Shown here: positions 9,580 to 19,500 of the stretch, piece by piece
Position numbering within the stretch: position 1 is the first letter of the stretch
Layout of the letters: each line of letters starts with the position of its first letter
Assembly (NCBI GenBank): GCA_963806225.1
Contig: CAWDXG010000004.1
Location: 4,864,001 to 4,928,000, forward strand
DNA: 64,000 nucleotides
Source of the DNA: an uncultured delta proteobacterium
GTDB lineage: Bacteria > Myxococcota_A > Polyangia > Polyangiales > Polyangiaceae
Direction of reading: 5' to 3'
Program-made: the position numbers and the translations under genes
The notes under the pieces: generated by a model
What the model saw: only the letters and a program-made list of their open reading frames with translations
What the model was told of the DNA's origin: nothing
Databases searched by the model: none

Positions 9580-9649
9580 TGAACGTGGCCGTGGAGGCAC
9601 ACCGGTGAAGCTCAGAGCTGTGTCCGAGCCTGTCGAAGGCGCTGCTGCG

Positions 9650-10456
9650 TCAGCCTAGCAGCCACCCGAACAAGAGCCGCTTCGACGTATCCCGCGCGAC
9701 GTGCTGGATCGAGTCGACGAGCGGGATCTTCACCGGGCAGACCTCGACGCAGTTCTGCGCCTTGCCGCAGTCGGCGACGCCGCCGGGGCCCATCACGGCT
9801 TCGAGGCGCTGGGTCTTCTGCAGCTTGCCGGTCGGGTGCGAATTGAAGAGCCGGACCTGGTTCAGCGCGGCGGCGCCGACGAACTCGCTCTGCTCGCCGT
9901 ACTGCGGGCATGCCTCGAGACAGCAGCCGCAGGTCATGCAGCGGCTGAGCGGGTAGATGGCTTCCTGGTCTTCCTGCGACTGGCGCGGACCCGAACCGAG
10001 CGCGTGCGTGCCGTCGATCTCGATCCATGCCTTGACGCGCTTGAGCGACTCGAACATGCGCGAGCGATCGACGACCAGATCGCGTATCAGCGGGAACTTC
10101 TTCATTGGCTCGAGCACGATGGTCTGGCCTCTGGGCGCGATCACGTCGACCAGCGCGCTGCAGCTCTGCCGCACGCGCCCGTTGATGACCATGGTGCAGG
10201 CGCCGCACACTTCCTCGAGGCAGCTCGACTCCCAGACCACCGGCGCGACTTCCCTGCCGTCGACGGTCACGGGGTTCTTCTGGATCTGCATCAGCGCGCT
10301 GATGACGTTCATGCGCGGCAGGTAGTCGACCTCGAACTCCTCCCAGCGGCGCGTGCGCGGCTTGTCGGGGGCGTCCTGGCGGCGGATCTTCAGGCGCACC
10401 TTGCGGCCGCTTGCTGCCGGCGCGCTCTTTTCGGTGCTCTTGTCGTCGTCGGCCAT
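9650..10456 (-). CDS. sdhB: Succinate dehydrogenase iron-sulfur subunit
   Basis: SCLEEVCGAC, CMTCGCCLEACP and CGKAQNCVEVCP clusters; start MADDDK at 10456. Confidence 0.95.
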   Translation of the reverse strand: MADDDKSTEKSAPAASGRKVRLKIRRQDAPDKPRTRRWEEFEVDYLPRMNVISALMQIQKNPVTVDGREVAPVVWESSCLEEVCGACTMVINGRVRQSCSALVDVIAPRGQTIVLEPMKKFPLIRDLVVDRSRMFESLKRVKAWIEIDGTHALGSGPRQSQEDQEAIYPLSRCMTCGCCLEACPQYGEQSEFVGAAALNQVRLFNSHPTGKLQKTQRLEAVMGPGGVADCGKAQNCVEVCPVKIPLVDSIQHVARDTSKRLLFGWLLG

Positions 10457-10458
10457 GG

Positions 10459-12468
10459 TCAGTCCGCCTTCTTCGCCGCTTCGGCGCTGGCCGCGCCTGC
10501 CTGCTCGTAGCGGCGCGGGCGCGGCTTGACGAGGCTCGTGTCGACCGCGTCGGTCACGTGCGCGGGCTTGCCGGCGCACTCGTAGTCGAACTCGCGGATG
10601 TACTTCACCTCGCCGCGCTCTTCGTGCACGGCCAGCGTGGTGCGCAGCCAGTTCTCGTCGTCGCGGCCCTGCTCTTCCAGTTCGGGCTTGAAGTGCGCGC
10701 CGCGGCACTCGTCGCGGTTCAGCGCGCCCTGGGCGATGACCCGTGCCAGGACCAGCATGTTGCCGAGGTGGCGGAGGAACTGCGCGCTCTGGTTCATGCG
10801 CAGCGACTGGTCGCTGAGCTTCGAGCGCCCGAGCCGCTCGTCGAGTTCGTCGAGCTTGCCGAGCACCTCGACCAGCCGTTCGTTGTGCCGCTCGATGGTG
10901 CAGTCGCGCAGCATGGTTTCGCCCAGCTCCTGGTGCAGCCGGAAGGGATTTTCCGGGTTCTTCGCGTCCTGGTTCTGCGAGAGCAGTGCGTCGAACTTCT
11001 CCTGCTCGGCGGCCTCGGCCTTCTCGAAGACGGAGCCCGGCAGGTCGAAGGCGCTGCGCGCCAGCGCTTCGCGATAGCTGGCGATGGCGGGGCCGGCGAT
11101 GCTGCCGCCGTACAGGCAGCTGAGGAGCGAGTTGGCGCCGAGGCGGTTGGCGCCGTGGTACTGGTAGTCGACCTCGCCTACCGCATAGAGCCCGGGGATG
11201 TTCGTGGCCTGGTTGCGTGGCGAGCCGACGACGATGTTGCCCTGGCTGTCGGCCTCGTAGTCGACCCACAGCCCGCCCATGCTGTAGTGCACTGCGGGAA
11301 ACACGCGCATCGGCTGCGTGTACGGGTCCTCGCCCACGAATTTCTCGTAGATCTCGAGGATGCCGGAGAGCTTCTTCTGAAGCGTGCCACGGTCCAGATG
11401 CGTGAGATCGAGGTACACTTCGCGATCGTTCTGCCCTGTTTCCGCGTTGAAGATGCCGCGGCCCTCGTGGAAAGCGACCTGGAACAGCGCGCGCGAGGCG
11501 ATGTCGCGCGGCACCAGGTTGCCGTAGCCCGGGTACATGCGCTCGAGGAAGTAGTCGCGCTCCTTCTCGGGGATGCTGGTCGGACGGCGCTTGTCCTTCG
11601 CGTCCTTCGGCACCCACACGCGGCCGCCCTCGCCGCGCGCGCTCTCGCTGATGAGCCGGAGCTTGTCGGCGCCGGGGATGGCCGTGGGGTGCACCTGGAC
11701 GAACTCGCCGTTCGCGTAGATGGCGCCCTGCTGGTAGACCGCCGAGGCCGCGGTGCCGGTACAGATGACGCTGTTCGTCGAGCGGCCGAACACCAGTCCC
11801 GATCCGCCCGTCGCCAGGCACACCGCGTCGCCGGCGTAGGCCTTGATGCGCATCGTGCGGAGATCCTGCGCGACGATGCCGACGGCGACGCCGTTGTCGT
11901 CGCGCACCACGCCGAGGAAGTCCCACAGCTCGAGCTTGTGCACCATCTTCTCGCCGGGGACGCCCACGCCCTTTTCGTCGACGACATCGGCTGTCTCGAA
12001 GCGGCGCACCTGCTCGTCGAGCGCGTACAAGAGCTGCTGGCCGGTGGTGGCGCCGGCGAACGCCGTGCGGTGGAAGAGCGAGCCGCCGAAGCGGCGGAAA
12101 TCGAGCAGGCCCTCCGGCGTGCGGTTGAACGCGACGCCCATGCGGTCGAGCAGCTCGACGATGCCCGGCGCGGCGTCGGCCATGCCCTTGACCAGCGGCT
12201 GGTTGGCGAGGAAGTCGCCTCCGTACACCGTCTCTTCTAGATGGATACGCGGGCTGTCGCCTTCACCCTTCGTGTTCACGCTGGCGTTGATGCCGCCCTG
12301 CGCGCACACCGAATGCGAGCGCTTGACCGGCACCAGGCTCACCAGCAGCACGGGCACGTTCGCCTCGCACAGCTTGATGACCGTCATCAGGCCGGCCAGG
12401 CCGCCGCCGACGACGATCACGCGGCGCACGCGCCCGCGCTCGCTCCGGACCGCGTCAGTGCGCGCCAT
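10459..12468 (-). CDS. sdhA: Succinate dehydrogenase flavoprotein subunit
   Basis: VVGGGLAG, RSHSVCAQGGIN (covalent FAD His), QVHPT, HYSMGG, HGANRLGANSL. Confidence 0.97.
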   Translation of the reverse strand: MARTDAVRSERGRVRRVIVVGGGLAGLMTVIKLCEANVPVLLVSLVPVKRSHSVCAQGGINASVNTKGEGDSPRIHLEETVYGGDFLANQPLVKGMADAAPGIVELLDRMGVAFNRTPEGLLDFRRFGGSLFHRTAFAGATTGQQLLYALDEQVRRFETADVVDEKGVGVPGEKMVHKLELWDFLGVVRDDNGVAVGIVAQDLRTMRIKAYAGDAVCLATGGSGLVFGRSTNSVICTGTAASAVYQQGAIYANGEFVQVHPTAIPGADKLRLISESARGEGGRVWVPKDAKDKRRPTSIPEKERDYFLERMYPGYGNLVPRDIASRALFQVAFHEGRGIFNAETGQNDREVYLDLTHLDRGTLQKKLSGILEIYEKFVGEDPYTQPMRVFPAVHYSMGGLWVDYEADSQGNIVVGSPRNQATNIPGLYAVGEVDYQYHGANRLGANSLLSCLYGGSIAGPAIASYREALARSAFDLPGSVFEKAEAAEQEKFDALLSQNQDAKNPENPFRLHQELGETMLRDCTIERHNERLVEVLGKLDELDERLGRSKLSDQSLRMNQSAQFLRHLGNMLVLARVIAQGALNRDECRGAHFKPELEEQGRDDENWLRTTLAVHEERGEVKYIREFDYECAGKPAHVTDAVDTSLVKPRPRRYEQAGAASAEAAKKAD

Positions 12469-13267
12469 GGGTCCTTTCCGGCGGCAGCGAGGCCAGGGGC
12501 GGGCTGTCGTCGGTCGCCGAAGCGGCCTTGTCGCCCACGTCGCGGCAGCTGACCGCCGGCTGCTGCCCCGCGCTGTCGGTCGACAGCACCAGCCGCGAGC
12601 CGGTGGCGAAGTAGATCACGGTGTTCGCCGAGATCACGAACAGCACGATGCCGGCGATGCCGAACAGCGCGGAGGCGATACGGGTGGCGCGCCGCGAGAC
12701 GGTGATCCCCCAGGAAAAGCAGAAGCCGTACAGCCCGTTCGCGAAGTGGAACACCGTCGCGGCGATGCCGACCAGGTACAGAAGGGCGACGACCGGGATA
12801 CCCGCGTGCGTGCTCGACAGCGACGAGCACAGGGTCGGGAAGAAATCGGCCTTTTCCATGTGGCCGAGCGCCACCTGGATGCGGAACTGCCACACGTGCC
12901 AGGCGATGAACGCGAAGGCGACCAGTCCGCTCGCGCGCTGCAGCGTGTACATCCAGTTACGCGAGTACGGATAGCGGCGCACGTTGGGGCGCGCTTCGAA
13001 CGCGAGCGTGATGCCGTACAGCGCGTGGAAGAGCAGAGGGATGTAGATGCCGAGGATCTCGAGCGCGAGCAGGTAGGGCAGGTGCGCGATCTCGGTGACT
13101 GCTTGGTCGTAGACCACCTGGCCCTGGAGCGCCCGGGCGTTGGTCCACAGGTGGAAGACCAGGTAGAGTCCCACCGGCACCACCCCCGACAGCGAGTGCA
13201 GCTTGCGCATCACGAACGCGCGCCGTTCCCTCGCAGAAAGCACCGCCGTGGACGGTCGGTTGGACAA
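12455..13267 (-). CDS. sdhC: Succinate dehydrogenase cytochrome b558 subunit
   Basis: RKLHSLSGVVP...HL...FHALYG...QRASG...WHV...FHFANG...WG; first gene of the sdhCAB operon. Confidence 0.93.
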   Translation of the reverse strand: MSNRPSTAVLSARERRAFVMRKLHSLSGVVPVGLYLVFHLWTNARALQGQVVYDQAVTEIAHLPYLLALEILGIYIPLLFHALYGITLAFEARPNVRRYPYSRNWMYTLQRASGLVAFAFIAWHVWQFRIQVALGHMEKADFFPTLCSSLSSTHAGIPVVALLYLVGIAATVFHFANGLYGFCFSWGITVSRRATRIASALFGIAGIVLFVISANTVIYFATGSRLVLSTDSAGQQPAVSCRDVGDKAASATDDSPPLASLPPERTHGAH

Positions 13268-13426
13268 GCGTGAAACCCTCGCGGGACAGTGGAGGCAGTG
13301 CCTCGCAGTTGCCGGAATCCCCCGGCGGGGTGGAAGATGTCCGGGCCCGGCCCGGAACCTGGCGCGTGCGTGCCCGCGTCCGGGTGCTAGGGGAACCAGG
13401 CCGTTCCGTCAAGCCGAGCCGACCGC

Positions 13427-15292
13427 ATGAAGAGTCGCAATGCATTGATTATGCTGGTGTTTTCTGGACTGCTCGGCAGCTGTGGCGGACGCCGATCGGA
13501 CGGGCCGCAGCCGGAAGCGGCACTCGCCGACTCGAAGGCGGCGCAGCAGGACTTCCGCGCGCTCAGCCAGCGCTGGATGGCGGCTGGGCCCACGCCTGCG
13601 CGCGCCAAGCTGGCCGGGCCGCTCGGCGCGTTCCTCCAGCGCTACCCGGACGACCCGCGCACGGCGCTCGTCCGCATCTACCTCGCGTGGATCGAGATCC
13701 AGCGGGGCCGGCTCGCCCAGGCGCAGAAGCTGGTGGCGCCCATCCGGCAGGGCGCCGCTGGCAGCGCGCACGACTTCGCCGTGGTGACCGACGCGGCGAT
13801 CCTGATCCGGCAGGGCCGGGCCGGAGAGGCGCTGTCGCTGCTGCGCCCGCTGGACGGCAAGATCATCGATGCCGACCAGCGCATGATCTACGGCGAGCAA
13901 CTCGTGCTCGCGGCCATCGGCGCCAAGCGCTGGCGCAGCACGGTCTCGTACATGCTCGATTGGCTCGTGCAGGCGCCGCCGGAGGATCGCGAAGCCGTCC
14001 AGGCCGACGTCGATCATCTGCTCGACAGGGTTCCCACCCGCGCGCTCGAAGGCAGCCTGGTGGATCTCGATCGCGAAGCCAAGCAGGTGGGGGCGGAGGC
14101 GTCGCGGTCACCGGCCCGCAACTGGCTGCGCAAGACGCTGCGCGGGCGGCTCACGCGCCTGGCGCTGGCCAAACGCGATGCAGCGCTGGCCAAGCGCCTG
14201 CTGGAGCTCGGTCCGTCCGCGCTGCGCGTGGGAGAGCGTGGCGAGAAGCTGTCCGAGCTGGCGGCGAGCGGCGACGTGCGGCCGCGTGTGTCCGGGCGCT
14301 CGGTGGGACTGGTGCTCAGCCTGGGGAGTGCGGACGCGAGGCGCCGCTCCGCCGCGGTCGCGTTGGGCATGTCGCGCGCGCTGGGTCTGCCGGAGCGGGG
14401 CCGCGAGCCCGGCGCCGTCCAGCTCCTGACCCGCGACGACGGTGGCAGTGCGGATGGCACCGCGCACGCGCTCGCCGAGCTGGCGGGTGACGGCGCCGTG
14501 ATCCTCGTGGCCGGGGTCGACGACGCGGGGGCCAAGGCGGCGGCCCACTACGCCGAGTCCGCGTCGATTCCGCTGATCCTGCTCCGTCAGCCGCACGGGC
14601 TCGTGCCCGGCGGCTTTAGCTTCGTGCTCGGCGCAGAGCCGGGCGTCGACGAACGTCTGGTGACCGAGGAGCTGCGCCGCCGTGGCGCCACTTCGCCCGC
14701 GCTGGTCGGCCCCGGCGGCGTCGCATGCGACAGCCAACCGCCGGCTGCGGGCATGCCGCGCTTCCCGGTCCAGCGCTGGCATCGTGACCACATCGACGCG
14801 CTCGCGCTGCTCGGTGACGCGACCTGCGCGCGCGACGCGATCCGCGAGCTCTCGCACATCGGCGATCGACCGGAGCTCGGCTTCGGGCTGGAAAGCGCCG
14901 AGATGATCAGCGAGTCGAGCGCGAAGCAGCCCGCTTTCGCGGTCTCGGCGGGCAGCTTCCCCTATCGCGGTGGAGCCCAGGCGCCGGATGAGATGAAGCG
15001 CTGGGTCGATCGCTACAGCGCGCCCCCAGGCTGGTACGACGCGTTGGGGCACGACGCCGCAAAGCTGGTCTCGACCGCTCTGTCCGGGTTTCCACTGCAG
15101 CGGGTCGATGATCCGGGCACCGTGAAGAAGCTGCATCGGCGCGCCCTGGACGAGCTCTCCGGCGCCAGCGCTGCTCTCTGGTCGAGCGCCAAGCGCGGCT
15201 TCTCCGGATCGCACCTGATGGAGCGCAGCTTCACGGTGGTGTCGGGCCCGGGTGGGGCCAGCTCCGGCAAGGCGCGCGGAAGCGGGCGATGA
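13427..15292 (+). CDS. Lipoprotein with TPR-like N-terminus and type-1 periplasmic-binding-fold C-terminus (LpoA/LppC-like)
   Basis: Signal ending LGSC; FLQRYPDDP; VGLVLSLG...LLTRDDGG...ALGHDAA. Confidence 0.6.
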   Translation: MKSRNALIMLVFSGLLGSCGGRRSDGPQPEAALADSKAAQQDFRALSQRWMAAGPTPARAKLAGPLGAFLQRYPDDPRTALVRIYLAWIEIQRGRLAQAQKLVAPIRQGAAGSAHDFAVVTDAAILIRQGRAGEALSLLRPLDGKIIDADQRMIYGEQLVLAAIGAKRWRSTVSYMLDWLVQAPPEDREAVQADVDHLLDRVPTRALEGSLVDLDREAKQVGAEASRSPARNWLRKTLRGRLTRLALAKRDAALAKRLLELGPSALRVGERGEKLSELAASGDVRPRVSGRSVGLVLSLGSADARRRSAAVALGMSRALGLPERGREPGAVQLLTRDDGGSADGTAHALAELAGDGAVILVAGVDDAGAKAAAHYAESASIPLILLRQPHGLVPGGFSFVLGAEPGVDERLVTEELRRRGATSPALVGPGGVACDSQPPAAGMPRFPVQRWHRDHIDALALLGDATCARDAIRELSHIGDRPELGFGLESAEMISESSAKQPAFAVSAGSFPYRGGAQAPDEMKRWVDRYSAPPGWYDALGHDAAKLVSTALSGFPLQRVDDPGTVKKLHRRALDELSGASAALWSSAKRGFSGSHLMERSFTVVSGPGGASSGKARGSGR

Positions 15293-15750
15293 GCGAGACG
15301 CTGGACGTTCCGTTGCCGACGCGCCGGTCGACCACAGAGCTCGCGCGGCGTCTCGCGGGCCAGGTCACCACCGGGGATCTGGTGTTGTTCGGGGGCCCAC
15401 TCGGCGCGGGCAAGACCTTCCTGATCCGCGCGCTGTGCCGCGGTCTGGGACTGCCGGCGAGGGTGCGGGTCACGAGCCCGACGTTCTCGCTGGTTCACGA
15501 GTACGACACCACGCCCCCTGTGGTGCACGCGGACGTGTACCGCCTCGACAGCGGCCGGGACGTGCGCGGGCTTGGCCTCCGCGACCAGCGAGACGAGGGG
15601 CGGCTGGTGCTGGTGGAGTGGGGCGAGCCGTATCTGGAGCTCCTCGGCGGAGACGCGCTGATCGTGCGGCTTTCGCTCGACCCGCGGCAGGCGCAGCTTC
15701 GCTCCACCGGCCCGCGTTCCGAGGAGATACTGTGCGGCCTTCGCGGGTGA
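15289..15750 (+). CDS. tsaE: tRNA threonylcarbamoyladenosine biosynthesis ATPase
   Basis: GPLGAGKT, VTSPTFSLVHEY, HADVYRL, LVEW; ATGA overlap with the upstream gene. Confidence 0.95.
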   Translation: MSETLDVPLPTRRSTTELARRLAGQVTTGDLVLFGGPLGAGKTFLIRALCRGLGLPARVRVTSPTFSLVHEYDTTPPVVHADVYRLDSGRDVRGLGLRDQRDEGRLVLVEWGEPYLELLGGDALIVRLSLDPRQAQLRSTGPRSEEILCGLRG

Positions 15751-16574
15751 TAGAACCGGGACCGGTGGCAACCGCAGACGACATAGCCGAAGCGAGCGGG
15801 CCGGGGCTCATGGCCCGCGCGCTGCAGCCCGTCGCGGATGTCTTCGAGAGCCTCGGCACACAGCTCATCCTCAGCCTGCAGGCGCTGGCCTGGATGATCC
15901 GTCCGCCGTACCGGTTGTCGCAGCTGTTCGCGGCGATGGATTTCATCGGCGTGCAGTCGGTGTTCATCGTCTCGCTCACCGGCGTGTTCAGCGGCATGGT
16001 GCTCGCGCTGCAGACGGTCAACAGCCTGCGCACCTTCGGTGCCGAGGGCGTCGTGGGCTCGGTCGTCGCTATCTCGCTCACGCGCGAGATCAGCCCCGTG
16101 TTTGCCGCCTTGATGGTGACGGCTCGCGCCGGCAGCGCGATGGCCGCGGAGCTCGGCAACATGCGCGTCACCGAGCAGATCGACGCGCTGGTCACCATGG
16201 GCGTGAGCCCCGTGCAGTACCTGCTCTCGCCGCGCGTGCTCGCTTCGGTGTTGGTGGTGCCGCTGCTCTGCATCCTGTACAGCTGCGTCGGCATATCGGG
16301 CGCGTGGCTTGTCGCCGTGCGCGGCCTGGGCGTGGACCCGGGCATCTTCGTCGCCAACATCGAGCACTACATGGTGCCGCACGATTTCTACATGGGGGAG
16401 ATCAAGTCTGCCGTGTTCGGCTTCCTGATCGCGAATATCTCCTGCCGCCAGGGCTTCTTCGCGTCCGGCGGCGCCCGCGGCGTCGGCCAGGCAACCACCC
16501 GCGCCGTCGTGCAGAGCGCCGTCGCGATCCTGATCGCGAACTACATCATCACCAGCTTGATGACGAACCTGTAG
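15747..16574 (+). CDS. mlaE: MlaE-family ABC transporter permease
   Basis: REISPV...ARAGSAMAAELGNMRVTEQIDALVTMGVSP...GGARGVGQATTRAVV; GTGA overlap with tsaE. Confidence 0.93.
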   Translation: MIEPGPVATADDIAEASGPGLMARALQPVADVFESLGTQLILSLQALAWMIRPPYRLSQLFAAMDFIGVQSVFIVSLTGVFSGMVLALQTVNSLRTFGAEGVVGSVVAISLTREISPVFAALMVTARAGSAMAAELGNMRVTEQIDALVTMGVSPVQYLLSPRVLASVLVVPLLCILYSCVGISGAWLVAVRGLGVDPGIFVANIEHYMVPHDFYMGEIKSAVFGFLIANISCRQGFFASGGARGVGQATTRAVVQSAVAILIANYIITSLMTNL

Positions 16575-16591
16575 CTCGGAGCTTCGCCGCG

Positions 16592-19500
16592 TCAGGCCGA
16601 CGTGGCGGACTCGGCGATGCGCGCGTTTTCCGGGATCTGCTCGAGGAAGCTCTTCTGGAGCTCCGTGTCCTCGATGGTCGAAGCGCGCTCGTTGAGCCGC
16701 GTGCGCGCGCGCCCGAGCACCTGCTGCGCGCGGGCCTCCGCCCCCGAGCTCGAGAGCGCGTGTGCGTGAGCGAGCAAGAGCGCCAGCTCGCCGTCCGCGC
16801 GTCCGCCGAGCGAGTCGAGCAGCTCTACGCCCGAAGTGGTGGTGTCGAGCGATTCGTCGGCCTTGCCTTGTGCCAGAAGCACCTCGGCTAGCGTGGCAAT
16901 CGCCTGCGTGCGCACCGGCGGGTAGGGTTCGAGCACCGACACGGCCTGTCGTGCGGTTTCTTCCGCCCGCTCCAGATTGCCTTCCAGAAGCTCGAGCTCC
17001 GCCAGGTGATTCAGCGCGCCGCCGCGCATGCGCTGGTCGCCGTGCTTTTCGAGCAACCGCTCGGCTTCCACGAGCAGCGGGCGCGCCTCGTCGAACCGGC
17101 CGAGCCGCGTCAGGGCGAACCCCAGGTTGTTGCGAGCGCCGGCCAGCACGTTGGGGATGCCGAGCCGATCGGCGTGGCCGAGGACTTCGCTGAGGTGCCG
17201 TTCAGCTTCCCGGTACGCGCCGAGCTCGTTGCTCGCGTGACCGCCGTTGTGACGTTGGATGGTCGCGTTGCGCAGGTCCCCGACTCGCTCGAACGTGTCG
17301 CTCGCCAGCATCGACCAGCACAGGTACTTCTCGATTTCCGTGTGGTATAGCGCGTGCGTTGCCTTGGTCGCGAGCCAGAGCGCCAACGCGGCTGCGTCGC
17401 GATGGGTGAGGGCAGGTGCGATCCGTTCCAGTCTCTCCAGAAGCTGGTCGGCGATCTCGAAGCGGCCGGCCTGTGTGAGCACCACCGCGGCGCGTGAGCC
17501 GCTGACCAGAAGCGGCGTGTTGGGGTTTTCCCAGGCCGACGACTCGAGCAAGAGCCGCGCTATCTCCGCTGCGCGATCGGGTTCGCCTTTCTGCTGGCAC
17601 GCGCTCGCCAGCACGAAGATCGCGCGGTACCAGTCGTCGCTCTGTTCGGGCAGCGAGGCGAAGGCGAGCTCGGAAAGCTGCTCGGCGAGATCGTTCTCGC
17701 CGCGCCACAGGTGGGCTTCTGCTTCGAGGCGCGCCAGCTTGCCGGCGGCGGATCGCGCGAGCCTTCCGGCTCCGGTGTGGTCGTCTTCCGGGAGCAGCGC
17801 CCGGGCCCGCGCGACGGCGTCCAGCGCCGTCCGGAAATCGTTGCCGTCGATCGCCTTCTGGGCTCCCTTCTGCAGATAGGAAAGCGCGCGCTCCGTGTTG
17901 CCGCCGTGCTCGTGATGCGCCGCCAGCGCGAGGATGTCCGGCTCGCCGCTCGTCTCCAGCCACTCGGCTGCGGCCTGGTGCGCTCGGACGCGATCTTCCG
18001 GTGTCAGCATGCCGTAGGCGGCATCGGCGACCAGAGCATGGCGGAACGACAGCTCGCGCTCTCCGTCGAAGCGGCTCGTCGTGCCCTCCGTGATGAGCTC
18101 ACGTTCGGCGAGCAGCTCGATCCAATCGTCGATGTCGTGCCAGTCCTCCGTCTCGCCGAGCAAGAGCGCGACCGGTCTCTGCCAGAAGACCTTGCCGAAT
18201 ACGCTGGCGGCGCGCAGCACGCGCCGGGCGCCGTCCGGCAGGGCTTCAAGCCTTGTTTGCAGCATGGCCAGCACCGTGTCCGGAAGGTGCGTGGCGTCGC
18301 CTTCGCTCACCGCGCGGATCAGCTCTTCGAGAAAGAACGGATTGCCGTCGGCGCGCTCGACGATGGTCGAGACCAGCTGTTCGTCTGCTCCGGGGCCCAA
18401 CGCTTCGACGGCCAGCTTGCGCGCGGCGCGGCGGGTCAGCCCGCCCAGGGTCAGCGTTTTTCCTCCGCCGTGCGACCACAGGCGCGGGAAGCGTTCGTTC
18501 ACTTCAGGGCGAGCCAGCCCGAGCGCCATCAGCGGTTGGGTCTCCGCGGCACGCAGAGCCGCCTCGACGAGCTTCACGCTCGGCAGGTCCGCCCAGTGCA
18601 TATCCTCGATCGCGAGCAGCACCGGTCCCGCGCTGCACTCGGCGAGGATGAAGTCCTCCCAGGCCCACTGGATCTGGTCGTGCATCAGGATCGGGTCGTT
18701 CTGTGCCGCGGCGAAGGCTTCGCTCGGCCGCTCCGGCGGAATCCGCGCAGCTTCTCCAAGGAACTGCAGCGCACGCTCCACGTCGGGCGCTGGAAGCCTG
18801 CGGGCAATGTGCTCACGCAGCCGCTCTCTGGCGGCGCGCGTGGGTTCGCCGTCTCGCACATGGGCGATCCCCCGCAGAAACTGGCCGATCAGCGAGAACG
18901 GGGAGCCCTGGCTGGCGGGCTCGGCGCGGGCGCGCCAGACCCGCGTTTCGGGAGCGTGCTTGCGCAGCCTGCGCAGAAACTCGTAGCGCAGCCGCGACTT
19001 GCCCACGCCCGGCGGACCGGTGACCAGCGTAGCGCACGCCATCGGCTCCCCGATGCAGTCGTCGAGGACGCCCAGCAGGAAGTCGAGCTCGCGCTCCCTG
19101 CCGACCGTGGGCGTGGGCTTTCCGAGTAGAAATCGCGTCGAGTCGGCGCCCGTGCGTTCCCCACCCAGTTCGAGGTGTCCCTCGGGGGTGGGCCCTACCT
19201 TGAAGCGAACATCCAGAAGCCCAGCCGTCGCAGCGTCCACCAGGATCTGCGCCGGCAGGGCTGCGCCCAGCAGCTCGACGGCGCGATCGATGACCTCGCC
19301 CAGCGGCAGCGCGCTGCTGACCACGGCGCGTCCGGTGCCCACGGCGATCGGCGAGCGCGGGAACAGGCGCTGGATGGCGAGGGCCGTACGGGCGGCACCG
19401 GCGGCGAGGTCCGTGGCGCTGCCGACTCCCGCCAGCGTCACGATCACCGAGCCGTCGCGCAGCGGATCGAGCCGTCCCCCTGCCTCGGTTGCTGCTTCGC

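Noticed and set aside
10457..11926. Long N-terminal extension of SdhB
   Set aside because: Out-of-frame overlap with sdhA; Arg-rich and not protein-like.
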